A stretch of 56,996 nt of DNA from Candidatus Tectomicrobia bacterium RIFCSPLOWO2_12_FULL_69_37 (GCA_001790955.1 MGDP01000055.1:1-56996), one strand, 5' to 3'; counted from the stretch's first letter, positions 48,152 to 56,593 are shown. A program made the numbers and translations. The notes: generated from the letters alone by a model not told the origin.

Positions 48152-48219
48152 GGGCGCGTCTCCTGTGGGGGGCGGACTTCGACAGGATAGCGAAAATAAA
48201 ACGAAATTCAAGCAGATTT

Positions 48220-48234
48220 TCCATTTGTCCATTT
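48220..48234. repeat. tandem TCCATTT direct repeat in an AT-rich divergent intergenic region
   Basis: TCCATTT g TCCATTT c ATTTT within 48190..48260, the most AT-rich non-coding stretch I found in the window. Lies between the divergent radical SAM and ZIP genes. Confidence 0.5.
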
Positions 48235-48322
48235 CATTTTTAAAATCAATGAGTTGAGATGATCGTTAGGGCCGGCTCCGCGGGATGAAGCCGGGCGGGA
48301 CGTCCGGAGGTGGATTCCCAGG

Positions 48323-49162
48323 GTGGCGGGGGAGCGCCGCGCGTTGTATCTAGAGGCAAGGTCTCGTCCGCGGCCCGTGGGTGAACCCGAAGGATACGCA
48401 AGAGGGTCAGCCATCATCCCCGCCGATCCCGTCCTCGTCGTCCTGCTCTTCTCCACCCTCGCGGCCGCCACGGCCTCGGCCGGGGTGGTGCCCTTCGCCG
48501 TCCTGGGGCGGGTGCCCATGCGGGCCCTGGGCCTGGCCTACGCCCTGGCCTCGGGCCTCATGCTGGGGGCGGGCTACCTCTTGCTGGAGGCGGGGCTCAA
48601 GGACAGCGCCCAATCCGCCTTCGTCCTGATGAGCGGCGCGGCCCTGGGAGTGCTCTACACCTATTGGATCCATAGATTCTCGCGGACGGAGGAGGTGGAG
48701 TTCATCCCCGGCGGGGAGGTCTCCGCCGAGCTGGGGTTCAAGATCGTGCTCATGAACTCGCTCCACTCGGCCTCGGAGGGGGTGGCCATCGGGGCCGGGA
48801 TGGCGGTGAGCCTGAGGATGGGGATCTTCCTGGCCCTCTCCCTCGCCCTGCACAACATCGCCGAGGCGGCCACCCTGACCTCGGTCCTCCTGCGGCGAGG
48901 GGTCCGGATGGGGGAGGCGGCCATGCTGTGCGTGATCACGAACGTGCCGCAGATCCTCCTCGCGGTCACCGCCTTCGCCGTGGTGAGCGCCGCGCGGGGT
49001 CTGCTGACCTGGGTGCTGGGCTTCGCCGCGGGGGCCCTCGTGTACCTCGTCCTGACCGAGCTCCTGCCGGGCTCCTACAAGCAGGCGAGCCACACCTGGG
49101 TGGCCGCCGCGGTGAGCCTCTCGACGGGGCTGGTGGTGCTCTTGAAGGGGTTTTTCGCGTAG
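48323..49162 (+). CDS. ZIP family metal cation transporter, paralog 1
   Basis: HSASEGVAIGAGM and HNIAEAATL metal-site motifs in a polytopic protein. Start uncertain: GTG 48323 with GGAGG 12 nt upstream, or GTG 48377. Confidence 0.8.
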   Translation: MAGERRALYLEARSRPRPVGEPEGYARGSAIIPADPVLVVLLFSTLAAATASAGVVPFAVLGRVPMRALGLAYALASGLMLGAGYLLLEAGLKDSAQSAFVLMSGAALGVLYTYWIHRFSRTEEVEFIPGGEVSAELGFKIVLMNSLHSASEGVAIGAGMAVSLRMGIFLALSLALHNIAEAATLTSVLLRRGVRMGEAAMLCVITNVPQILLAVTAFAVVSAARGLLTWVLGFAAGALVYLVLTELLPGSYKQASHTWVAAAVSLSTGLVVLLKGFFA

Positions 49163-49193
49163 GGAGAAGGGTTCCGCGGGTGGCGGCGATTCT

Positions 49194-49222
49194 GTAGGGG
49201 CGGGTTTGAAACCCGCCCCTAC
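49194..49222. repeat. REP-like palindrome, variant A
   Basis: GTAGGGGCGGGTTTGAAACCCGCCCCTAC, a perfect 14-bp arm palindrome. Same unit at 52391..52419 with a C at the centre. Confidence 0.85.
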
Positions 49223-49244
49223 AAATGGACGCACCGAAGGGATT

Positions 49245-49286
49245 GTAGGGGCAGGGCGGACAATGTCCGCCCACCGTGCCTGCCCC
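49245..49286 (+). repeat. REP-like element, variant D (nested hairpins)
   Basis: GTAGGGGCAGGGCGGACAATGTCCGCCCACCGTGCCTGCCCC. Inner GGGCGGACA/TGTCCGCCC stem, outer GGGGCAGG/CCTGCCCC stem. Confidence 0.7.
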
Positions 49287-49297
49287 GCGCCGAAAAA

Positions 49298-49323
49298 GGG
49301 CGGCCACAGGGGGCCGCCCCTAC
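49298..49323 (-). repeat. REP-like element, variant E (head on the minus strand)
   Basis: The minus strand reads GTAGGGGCGGCCccctgtGGCCGCCC, an 8-bp stem with the same GTAGGGGCGG head. Confidence 0.65.
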
Positions 49324-49345
49324 GGTCGGGCGCGCCGGAGGGTTG

Positions 49346-49373
49346 GTAGGGGCGTATTGCGATACGACCCTAC
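49346..49373. repeat. REP-like palindrome, variant C
   Basis: GTAGGGGCGTATTGCGATACGACCCTAC, an imperfect palindrome (one mismatch) with GTAGGG/CCCTAC ends. Confidence 0.7.
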
Positions 49374-49384
49374 GTTGCGGGGGG

Positions 49385-50125
49385 ATGATGCCGGCCTGGC
49401 AGCAGGTGCTCCTCGTCCTCGTCTATTCCTCCATCACCGCCCTGGCGACGGGGCTGGGGGCGCTGCCCTTCCTCTTCGTGCGGGACCTCTCTGAGCGGGC
49501 GGTGGCCTACGCGAACGCCGTGGCGGCCGGCCTCATGCTGGGGGCGAGCTTCGGCCTCATCATCGAGGGGAGCGGCCACGGCGCCGTCCAGACCCTGGCG
49601 GGGGCGGGGATCGGCGTCGTCTTCATCCTCGTGGCGGGGCGGATGCTGCACCACCACGGCATGGACTTCGGGACGATCACGGGGGCGGGGGCCAAGCAGA
49701 TCTTCCTCATCATCGCCGTGATGACCGTCCACTCCTTCTCGGAGGGGGTGGCGGTCGGGGTGGCCTTCGGGGGCGGGGAGGCGCTGGCCGCCCTCATCAC
49801 CATCGCCATCGCCGTCCACAACATCCCCGAAGGGCTCGCCATCAGCGCCGTCATGCGCCCCAAGGGGGCGGGCGTGCTCTCCTGCGCGCTGTGGAGCGTC
49901 TTCTCCTCCCTCCCCCAGCCCCTCATGGCCGTGCCCGCCTTCCTCTTCGTCGAGGCCTTCCGGCCCGTGCTCCCCTACGGCCTGGGCTTCGCGGCGGGGG
50001 CGATGGTGTTCATGGTCTTCCTCGAGCTCCTGCCCGAGGCCTACGAGAAAGCGAGCCGCCCCGCCGTGGGCCTCCTCGTGAGCCTCACCCTCGGGGCGAT
50101 GATCCTGTTCCAGAGGTATATCTGA
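49385..50125 (+). CDS. ZIP family metal cation transporter, paralog 2
   Basis: Internal ATG at 49385 of track ORF 49343..50125. MMPAWQQVLLVLVYSSITALATGLGALPF, HSFSEGVAVGVAFGG, HNIPEGLAISAV. Confidence 0.85.
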   Translation: MMPAWQQVLLVLVYSSITALATGLGALPFLFVRDLSERAVAYANAVAAGLMLGASFGLIIEGSGHGAVQTLAGAGIGVVFILVAGRMLHHHGMDFGTITGAGAKQIFLIIAVMTVHSFSEGVAVGVAFGGGEALAALITIAIAVHNIPEGLAISAVMRPKGAGVLSCALWSVFSSLPQPLMAVPAFLFVEAFRPVLPYGLGFAAGAMVFMVFLELLPEAYEKASRPAVGLLVSLTLGAMILFQRYI

Positions 50126-50269
50126 GGCGCGGGAGGAGGTGCGGCGGGTGCTGGAGAAGCCCGGGGCGCTGGAGGCGGGGTTTTGGGAGGGGCGTTCGCC
50201 GTTTGCGGGAAGATGTGGCAATGGGGGTGACTTGGGCCGTATACTTAATGCGGCGTGGGGTTGCGCAGG

Positions 50270-50539
50270 ATGCCCGAAATCGCCCGGTTCTTCGGGATCA
50301 TTATTCGCATGTTCGCTGAGCCTGCGGCGCCGCACCATCGGCCGCACTTTCACGCCTATTACCGGGATGAGGTGGGAATCTTCGCCATCGATATGGTCGA
50401 ACTTCTCGGCGGAGATTTGCCGCGCACACAGCGCCGGTTCGTGGAAGCGTGGGCCGAGATTCATCAGCAGGAGTTGGTTGATGACTGGGAGCGGTTGCAG
50501 GCTGGCCGCCCGCCTTTCAAGATTGAGCCGCTTCGTTAG
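50270..50539 (+). CDS. DUF4160 domain protein
   Basis: Internal ATG at 50270. MPEIARFFGIIIRMFAEPAAPHHRPHFHAYYRDEVGIFAID is the characteristic DUF4160 N-terminus. Confidence 0.8.
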   Translation: MPEIARFFGIIIRMFAEPAAPHHRPHFHAYYRDEVGIFAIDMVELLGGDLPRTQRRFVEAWAEIHQQELVDDWERLQAGRPPFKIEPLR

Positions 50540-50551
50540 GAGGTTGGCTTC

Positions 50552-50866
50552 GTGAGCCACCCGGTGCATAAGGTGACGGCTTTCGAGATCGCTGGACCCT
50601 ATCGCCTCCGCGTCAAGTTCGCCGATGGGCTGGCGCGCGAGATTGACTTTCGTCAGGTCTTGGAGGGCGAGCTCTACGGCCCGCTGCGCGATCCCGGGGT
50701 GTTCAACGCGGTGTCGCTGGACGGCGAGGCGCACACCCTCGTCTGGCCCAATGGGGCTGATTTTGACCCCGCGACGCTCCATGACTGGCCGGAGCGCGAA
50801 GCGGAGTTGGCTGCTCTGGCGAAGAGGTGGGCCGCCTCCGCGAGCTCTGGCGAACGGGCCGGCTAG
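50552..50866 (+). CDS. DUF2442 domain protein
   Basis: 104 aa, GTG start. VTAFEIAGPYRLRVKFADGLAREIDF...VSLDGEAHTLVWPNGADFDP pattern. 12 nt after the DUF4160 gene. Confidence 0.75.
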   Translation: MSHPVHKVTAFEIAGPYRLRVKFADGLAREIDFRQVLEGELYGPLRDPGVFNAVSLDGEAHTLVWPNGADFDPATLHDWPEREAELAALAKRWAASASSGERAG

Positions 50867-50888
50867 AAACGGGCGGTAGGAGGCGCCA

Positions 50889-51071
50889 ATGGCAAGGGAG
50901 TTCAGCGTCATCATCGAGCAGGATGCCGAGGGCTACTATGTGGCTTCCGTGCCCGCCCTTCGCGGCTGCCATACCCAAGCCAAGTCGCTCGATGAGCTGA
51001 TGGTGCGGGTGCGCGAGGCGGCCGAGCTCTGCCAGGAGGAAGAGGGCGCGTCCGATTCTAAGGTAAGATGA
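50889..51071 (+). CDS. HicB-like (UPF0150) antitoxin-fold protein, no HicA partner
   Basis: 60 aa. FSVIIEQDAEGYYVASVPALRGCHTQAKSLDELMVRVREAAELC matches the HicB N-terminal fold pattern. Confidence 0.7.
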   Translation: MAREFSVIIEQDAEGYYVASVPALRGCHTQAKSLDELMVRVREAAELCQEEEGASDSKVR

Positions 51072-51106
51072 GATTCTCGGGTTAACCTATCGAAATGCCC
51101 GCCTAG

Positions 51107-52351
51107 CTATTTTCCTTTCCGTTCATTCCATGCCCCTATGAACGCCCCCAGCTCGGGCTTGATGCGCACGGTCGGGCCCAGGGCGGCGCTGGCCACCTCG
51201 GTGGCGTTCTTCCCGGTGCCGGTCCCGATGCAGACGATGGTCTCCTCCGGGTGGACGGGCCTGGGGCGGTCCGCCCCGGGCATGAGGCTCGCCACCGAGG
51301 CCCCCGAGGCGGGCTGGAGGAAGAGCCCCTCCCGCCGGGCGATCAGGAACTCGGCCTCGATGTTGAGGTCGTCGCTCACGATGACGGCCTGGCCCTCGGT
51401 CTTGCGGACGATGTCGGCCACCCGGTTGCCCGCCCCCGGGTTGGGGCTGGTGAGGCCGGCCGAGCGGGTGCGCACCTCCCCCCAGGGCTCCACCTTCTTT
51501 CCCGTCCGGACCGCCCGCGCCACGGGGGCGCAGCCCTCGGGCTGGACGATATCGATGGCGGGCATCCGGTCGATCCAGCCGAGCGCCAGGAGCTCCCGGA
51601 AGCCCTGGTCCATGGCGAGGGCCATGGTGCCCCCGGCGGTGGGGCAGACGACCCGGTCGGGCGCCTTCCAGCCCAATCCCTCGGCGATCTCGTAGGCGGC
51701 GGTCTTCTTCCCCTCGACCCGGTAGAGGTTGCGGGGGAGGGAGGCGTGGAGGGCGCCGATCTTCTGGGCGGCCTCCTCGGCCAGCCGGGTGTTCACCCCC
51801 TGGTCCCCCTCGACGATGAGGGTCAAGGCCCCGTAGGCCGCCACCTGGAGGCAGTGGACGGCCGAGCTGTCCGCCCGGACGAAGCCGATGTACTCGATAC
51901 CCCCCCGGGCGCAGTAGGCCCCGAAGCAGGCGGCGGCGTTCCCCGAGGAGGCGAGGATGACGGCGCGCACCCCCACCTCCCGGCACTTGCTGATGCTGAC
52001 CGAGCCCCCCCGGTCCTTGAAGGAGCCGGTCGGGTTCCGCGACTCGTCCAGGATGAACAGGCGCTTGAGGCCCAAATCCTTCCCCAGGCGCTCGGCGTGG
52101 ATGAGGGGGGTGTCCCCCTCCCGGAGGGAGACGACGTTCCCGGGATCGCGCAGGGGCAGGAGCTCGTGCCAGCGCCAGATGCCGCGCGGGCGGCGGGCCA
52201 GCTCGTCCCGGTCCACGTGGCGGCGCGCCCAGTCGAGGTCGTAGGCGCCCTCCAGGGCGCCCCCCGTCTTGGGGCAGGTGAAGGGGTGCTTGGCGTCGTC
52301 CAGGACCTCGCCCGTCTCCAGGCTGCGGAGGCCCTTCAGGGCGGTGAACAT
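51107..52351 (-). CDS. thrC: threonine synthase family PLP enzyme
   Basis: Internal ATG at 52351 (GGGAGA 6 nt upstream) of track ORF 51107..52387. NPTGSFKDRGGS PLP-lysine motif and ASSGNAAA. Confidence 0.8.
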   Translation of the reverse strand: MFTALKGLRSLETGEVLDDAKHPFTCPKTGGALEGAYDLDWARRHVDRDELARRPRGIWRWHELLPLRDPGNVVSLREGDTPLIHAERLGKDLGLKRLFILDESRNPTGSFKDRGGSVSISKCREVGVRAVILASSGNAAACFGAYCARGGIEYIGFVRADSSAVHCLQVAAYGALTLIVEGDQGVNTRLAEEAAQKIGALHASLPRNLYRVEGKKTAAYEIAEGLGWKAPDRVVCPTAGGTMALAMDQGFRELLALGWIDRMPAIDIVQPEGCAPVARAVRTGKKVEPWGEVRTRSAGLTSPNPGAGNRVADIVRKTEGQAVIVSDDLNIEAEFLIARREGLFLQPASGASVASLMPGADRPRPVHPEETIVCIGTGTGKNATEVASAALGPTVRIKPELGAFIGAWNERKGK

Positions 52352-52390
52352 GGGATGTCTCCCAGGTCGTGGGTAATGCGGGGTCAATTT

Positions 52391-52419
52391 GTAGGGGCGG
52401 GTTTCAAACCCGCCCCTAC
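52391..52419. repeat. REP-like palindrome, variant A
   Basis: GTAGGGGCGGGTTTCAAACCCGCCCCTAC. Differs from 49194..49222 only at the central base. Confidence 0.85.
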
Positions 52420-52441
52420 GGACCGAACGAACACGCTTGCG

Positions 52442-52469
52442 GCAGGGGCGTTCAATTGAACGCCCCTGC
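52442..52469. repeat. REP-like palindrome, variant B
   Basis: GCAGGGGCGTTCAATTGAACGCCCCTGC, a perfect 28-nt palindrome. Related copy at 56594..56621. Confidence 0.8.
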
Positions 52470-52496
52470 GGAACCTGTGCGCCTCGTGGGTGATCT

Positions 52497-53867
52497 CTAC
52501 GCCAGCCCCTCCTCCTTCACCGCCCGGACGGCGGCCTCGAAGGCGGCGAGGGTCTCGGCGACGATCTCGTCGGTGTGGACGGTGCTCACCAGGGCCCGGC
52601 CCCCGTTGAAGTCCACCCCGCTCAGGATGAGGGCCTGGCGCAGGGCCCGGCTCTCGGCGGGGTGGCGGGCGTCGAGGCGCCGCCAGTCCACCCCGCTCAC
52701 GTCCTCGTCCGCGCCGTCCCGGGGCGGGGCGTCGGCGCCGAAGAAGATTTTCCAGTCGCTGTGCTCCCCATAGACCTTCCAGGCCACCTTCTCCCGGGCG
52801 AGCGCCTCGTTCATCCCGTGGCGCAGCTTGGCGGCCTGCCGGTTGGCGAGGCGGATGGCCGAGCCGTCCGCCACCGAGGCCAGCATGGCGACGCCGGCCG
52901 CGGCCGAGAGGGGGTTCCCGTTGAAGGTGCCGTGGTGGGAGATCTTCTTGCGGTGGTTCTCCTCGGGGTCGGGCTTGGTGGCGAGGTAGGCGAGGATGTC
53001 TTCGCGCCCGGCGACGGCCCCGCCCGGGAGCCCGCCCGAGAGGATCTTGGCCAGGGTGGTCACGTCCGGCGTCACCCCCGCCTTCTCCTGGGCCCCGCCG
53101 GGGGCCACCCGGAAACCCGTCACCACCTCGTCGAAGATGAGGAGGGCGCCCGCCTTGCGGGTCTCCTCGCGCAGGGCATCGAGGAAGGAGGGCGGCGTGG
53201 GCACCACCCCGAAGTGGCCTCCCGTGGGCTCGAGGATGACGGCGGCCACGTCCCCCTTGGCCAGGCGCGTCCGCACGGCGGCGAGGTCGTTCGGGGGGAG
53301 CACGGTGACGAGCGCCACCACCTCGGGGAGCTGGCCCGCCTCGGGCCCGGCGTCGTAGGGGGGATGCACCCCGACCTCCAGGCCCTCGTGCCAGCCGTGG
53401 AAGTGGCCCGCGAACTTGACGATGTGGCGCTTGCCCGTGAAGGCGCGCACGAGGCGCAGCGCCATGTGGGTGGCCTCGGTGCCCGAGGCCGTGAAGCGCA
53501 CCCGCTGGGCGCTCGGCACGAGCCGGCACACCCACTCGGCCCACTCGATCTCCCGCTCGTGGGAGGCGCCGTAGTGGGTGCCCTTCCTGAGCTGGTCGAG
53601 GGCGGCGTCGCGCACGAGGGGCGGGTTGTGGCCGTGGAGGAGGGCGCCGTGGCCCATCCAGTAGTCGACGTAGCGGTTGCCGTCCGCGTCCCACTTGAGG
53701 GGGCCCTCGGCCCGCTCGATGTAGAGGGGGAAGGGCTGCATCCGGCGCACGTCGTGCGTGACGGCGTCCGGGAAGAGGAGGCTCGCGCGCTCGAACAGCG
53801 CCCGCGAGGCGGGCAGGGCTTCGGCGTAGGCGTCCTGGAGCCTGGGCGAGGCGGCGGGCCGGGCCAT
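52497..53867 (-). CDS. class III aminotransferase (glutamate-1-semialdehyde aminomutase-like)
   Basis: 456 aa. YVDYWMGHGALLHGHNPP, SGTEATHMALRLVRAFTGK, LIFDEVVTGFR and TLAKILSGGLPGGA (PLP lysine). Confidence 0.85.
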   Translation of the reverse strand: MARPAASPRLQDAYAEALPASRALFERASLLFPDAVTHDVRRMQPFPLYIERAEGPLKWDADGNRYVDYWMGHGALLHGHNPPLVRDAALDQLRKGTHYGASHEREIEWAEWVCRLVPSAQRVRFTASGTEATHMALRLVRAFTGKRHIVKFAGHFHGWHEGLEVGVHPPYDAGPEAGQLPEVVALVTVLPPNDLAAVRTRLAKGDVAAVILEPTGGHFGVVPTPPSFLDALREETRKAGALLIFDEVVTGFRVAPGGAQEKAGVTPDVTTLAKILSGGLPGGAVAGREDILAYLATKPDPEENHRKKISHHGTFNGNPLSAAAGVAMLASVADGSAIRLANRQAAKLRHGMNEALAREKVAWKVYGEHSDWKIFFGADAPPRDGADEDVSGVDWRRLDARHPAESRALRQALILSGVDFNGGRALVSTVHTDEIVAETLAAFEAAVRAVKEEGLA

Positions 53868-53977
53868 GTGACCCTCCTGACGGGAGACGCGGGGGCTGGA
53901 ATCAGGGGGAACCTACGCCCTGCGCCCGGCCCCGTCAAGAAGTGCGCGGGGAGGGGGAAAGCCCGGAATGCGCTGGC

Positions 53978-54006
53978 TTGACACCCGGGGTTTCTCCCCC
54001 GATAGT
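53978..54006 (+). promoter_or_regulatory. candidate sigma70-type promoter for the amino-acid ABC transporter operon
   Basis: TTGACA (53978..53983), 17-nt spacer, GATAGT (54001..54006). About 100-nt leader before ATG 54112. Confidence 0.5.
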
Positions 54007-54111
54007 GATTGGACCAAGCGGGAAATCGAGGGGCGCTGGGGAGGAGGGTCCGGGCGCTTGAGCCGCCCGGGGCTTCCGTGTCCGGGCTTTTCTCGTGGAG
54101 GAGGTGCGCTC

Positions 54112-54909
54112 ATGCGGAGAATCTTCGTCGGCTTGCTGGCTCTCGCGTTCGCGGTTCTCGGCGCCTTGGACGCCGGGGCGGCGGAGTCCGTGCTGGACAA
54201 GGTGAAGAAGCGGGGCGAGATGATCGTCGGGACGAAGTACGACTTCCCGCCGATGGGTTTCATCAACAAGGGCACGGGCCAGCCGGACGGCTTCGAGGTG
54301 GATCTCGCCAGGGAGATCGGCCAGAAGCTCGGCGTCAAGGTGAAGTTCGTCCAGGCCCTCTCGAAGACGCGCATCCCGCTCATCGTGAACGGGAACGTGG
54401 ACCTCGTCATCGCCACCATGACCCACAAGCGCGATCGGGAGAAGGCGATCGACTTCTCGATCCACTACATCATCACCGGCCAGCGGCCCATCACCCGCAA
54501 GGACACGGGCATCACCCACGTCTCCCAGCTCGCGGGCAAGCGGGTGGGCGCGGTGCAGGGCGGGAACGCGGGCCCCAACCTGCTCAAGGTCCAGCCCAAG
54601 GCCACCATCGTCTCCTTCCAGGAGCACACCGAGACCCTCCTCGCGCTCAAGCAGAAGAAGGTGGACGCCCTGGTGACGGACGACGTGCTCATCCAGTGGA
54701 TGGCCAAGAACAACCCTGAGCTCGCGATCGTGGGCAAGCTCTACACGGTCGAGCCCTACGGCATGGGGCTTCGGGAGAACGACTCGAAGTGGCGCGACGC
54801 CGTGAACGACGCCGTCCTGGAGCTCTGGGACTCGCGCAAGTACCACGAGGTCTACCGCAAGTGGTTCGGCCAGGATCCCGAGTTCGAGATCCCCTGGTAC
54901 CCCAAGTGA
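54112..54909 (+). CDS. amino acid ABC transporter substrate-binding protein (family 3 SBP)
   Basis: Internal ATG at 54112 after GGAGGAGG. Signal MRRIFVGLLALAFAVLGALDAGAA, then GTKYDFPPMGF...GFEVDLAREIG. Confidence 0.88.
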   Translation: MRRIFVGLLALAFAVLGALDAGAAESVLDKVKKRGEMIVGTKYDFPPMGFINKGTGQPDGFEVDLAREIGQKLGVKVKFVQALSKTRIPLIVNGNVDLVIATMTHKRDREKAIDFSIHYIITGQRPITRKDTGITHVSQLAGKRVGAVQGGNAGPNLLKVQPKATIVSFQEHTETLLALKQKKVDALVTDDVLIQWMAKNNPELAIVGKLYTVEPYGMGLRENDSKWRDAVNDAVLELWDSRKYHEVYRKWFGQDPEFEIPWYPK

Positions 54910-54998
54910 GCTTTGACCGTTTGACTTCTTCCTGACGCGCGCGGGCGCCTCCCCCTCCCGGGAGGGGGGTGGCGCCCTCACTTCCGGAGGAGGAAGAG

Positions 54999-55865
54999 GT
55001 GGCCGAGGCGGTCCTGGGCAGGCTGGCGGCGGCGGCGCGGAGGGCCCGGCGCCGGGAGTGGTTCGAGACGCCCCGGGAGCGGAACGCCTTCCTGATCGTC
55101 TGGGGAGGCGCCGCCGCGGTCCTCTTCTGGTTCTTCTTCTTCGGCCCCCGCGCGCAGTACGACTACAACTGGCGCTGGCACCTGGTGTGGGATTACCGCC
55201 GCTTCCTCCTGTGGGGCGTCGGGACCACGATGTACATCTTCGCCTGGTCCCTCGGCTTCAGCCTGGTGCTGGGCGTCTTCTGCGGGGTGGGGCGCACGAC
55301 GAGCGTGCGCTGGGTGCGGGCGCTCTCGGCGGGCTACGTCGAGGTGTTCCGCAACATCCCCCTCCTGGTCCAGATGTGGTGGGCCTACTTCGGCCTCCAG
55401 GAGATCGTGAACGCCGCCCTCAACGAGCCCTTCGGGCTGCGCATCCTCGTGCCGAGCGCCTTCGCCTGCATCCTCGCCCTCTCGCTCTACACCGGGGCCT
55501 ACATGGGGGAGGTGGTGCGCTCCGGCATCCGCTCCATCCACCGGGGCCAGTGGGAGGCGGCCGCCTCGACGGGGCTCACGGCCTACCAGACCTGGCGGCA
55601 CGTCATCCTCCCCCAGGCCCTCGTGATCGTCATCCCGCCCCTGTCGAGCGAGGTGCTCAACATTATCAAGAACTCCGCCATCGCCATGACCATCGCCATC
55701 ACCGACCTGATGTTCTTCTCGCAGAAGATCGAGGAGGAAACCTTCGCCGGCTTCGAGGCCTACACGGCGGGGACCCTCCTCTTCCTCCTCCTGACCCTGC
55801 TGACCGTGGGCGCGATCTACTACCTCCAACGGCTCTCGGGGCTCAAGGTGCGGTCGGGGCACTAG
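54999..55865 (+). CDS. amino acid ABC transporter permease (His/Glu/Gln/Arg/opine family)
   Basis: GTG 54999 lies 5 nt after GGAGGAGG. The track start 54969 is also possible. Has EAA-like loop SIHRGQWEAAASTGLTAYQTWRHVILPQA. Confidence 0.85.
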   Translation: MAEAVLGRLAAAARRARRREWFETPRERNAFLIVWGGAAAVLFWFFFFGPRAQYDYNWRWHLVWDYRRFLLWGVGTTMYIFAWSLGFSLVLGVFCGVGRTTSVRWVRALSAGYVEVFRNIPLLVQMWWAYFGLQEIVNAALNEPFGLRILVPSAFACILALSLYTGAYMGEVVRSGIRSIHRGQWEAAASTGLTAYQTWRHVILPQALVIVIPPLSSEVLNIIKNSAIAMTIAITDLMFFSQKIEEETFAGFEAYTAGTLLFLLLTLLTVGAIYYLQRLSGLKVRSGH

Positions 55866-55877
55866 GGAGGCCGCGGC

Positions 55878-56558
55878 GTGGAGTCCTTCTGGAAGTGGCA
55901 CGTCATCCCCGAGAACCTGCACTTCTTCGCGATGGGCTTCCGCCTGACGCTGGTGCTCTTCGCCCTGGCCTGGGTGGGGTGCTGGACCTTCGCGGTGGTC
56001 TTCGGCGCGATGCGGCACTCCGACCGGTGGTGGCTGCGCTACCCGGCCGCCGGGGTGATCGAGGTTATCCGGGGGACGCCGGGCATCATGTTCGTGGTGT
56101 GGGTCTACTTCCTGAGCCAGCCCCTCGTGGGCTACGCCCTGAGCCCCTTCTGGGCGGCGGTCTGGGCCCTCCTCATCCACAACGGGGCCTACGGGGCCGA
56201 GGTGGTGCGGGCGGGGCTCAACTCCATCCCGCGCGGCCAGGTCTCGGCGGGCTACTCGACGGGCCTCAACTACCTCCAGGTGATGGGCCACATCGTGCTG
56301 CCCCAGGCGCTGCGCAACATGGCCCCCGCCGTGGTGAACCGCTCGGTCGCCCTCTTCAAGAACACCTCCCTCGCCTTCGTCATCGGGGTGATCGAGTTCT
56401 TCCGCTCGGGGACCATCGTCAACGGCCGGGAGAACGCCTCTTTCTCGGTCTTCACCTTCATCGCGGTGGTCTACTTCCTCTGCTGCTTCTCCCTCTCCCG
56501 CCTGGGGCACCGGCTCGGCCAGCGCCCCGGCGTCATCGAGGACACCACGGCGGTCTAG
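55878..56558 (+). CDS. amino acid ABC transporter permease
   Basis: 226 aa, GTG start 7 nt after GGGAGG. SIPRGQVSAGYSTGLNYLQVMGHIVLPQALRNM loop. Confidence 0.85.
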   Translation: MESFWKWHVIPENLHFFAMGFRLTLVLFALAWVGCWTFAVVFGAMRHSDRWWLRYPAAGVIEVIRGTPGIMFVVWVYFLSQPLVGYALSPFWAAVWALLIHNGAYGAEVVRAGLNSIPRGQVSAGYSTGLNYLQVMGHIVLPQALRNMAPAVVNRSVALFKNTSLAFVIGVIEFFRSGTIVNGRENASFSVFTFIAVVYFLCCFSLSRLGHRLGQRPGVIEDTTAV

Positions 56559-56593
56559 GCCGGGCGCATCCCCCTCCACGCATGTAAACAGAT

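Noticed and set aside
48152-48322. LexA (SOS) box upstream of the DNA-repair-type radical SAM gene
   Set aside because: I found no CTGT-N8-ACAG, GAAC-N4-GTTC or GTTC-N7-GTTC type match by eye. Only AT-rich direct repeats are present, and these are reported separately as an unassigned motif.
51072-51106. Truncated hicA remnant after the HicB-like gene
   Set aside because: Only 35 nt separate hicB from the convergent thrC-like stop. That is too short to evaluate, and no HicA-like reading frame is visible.
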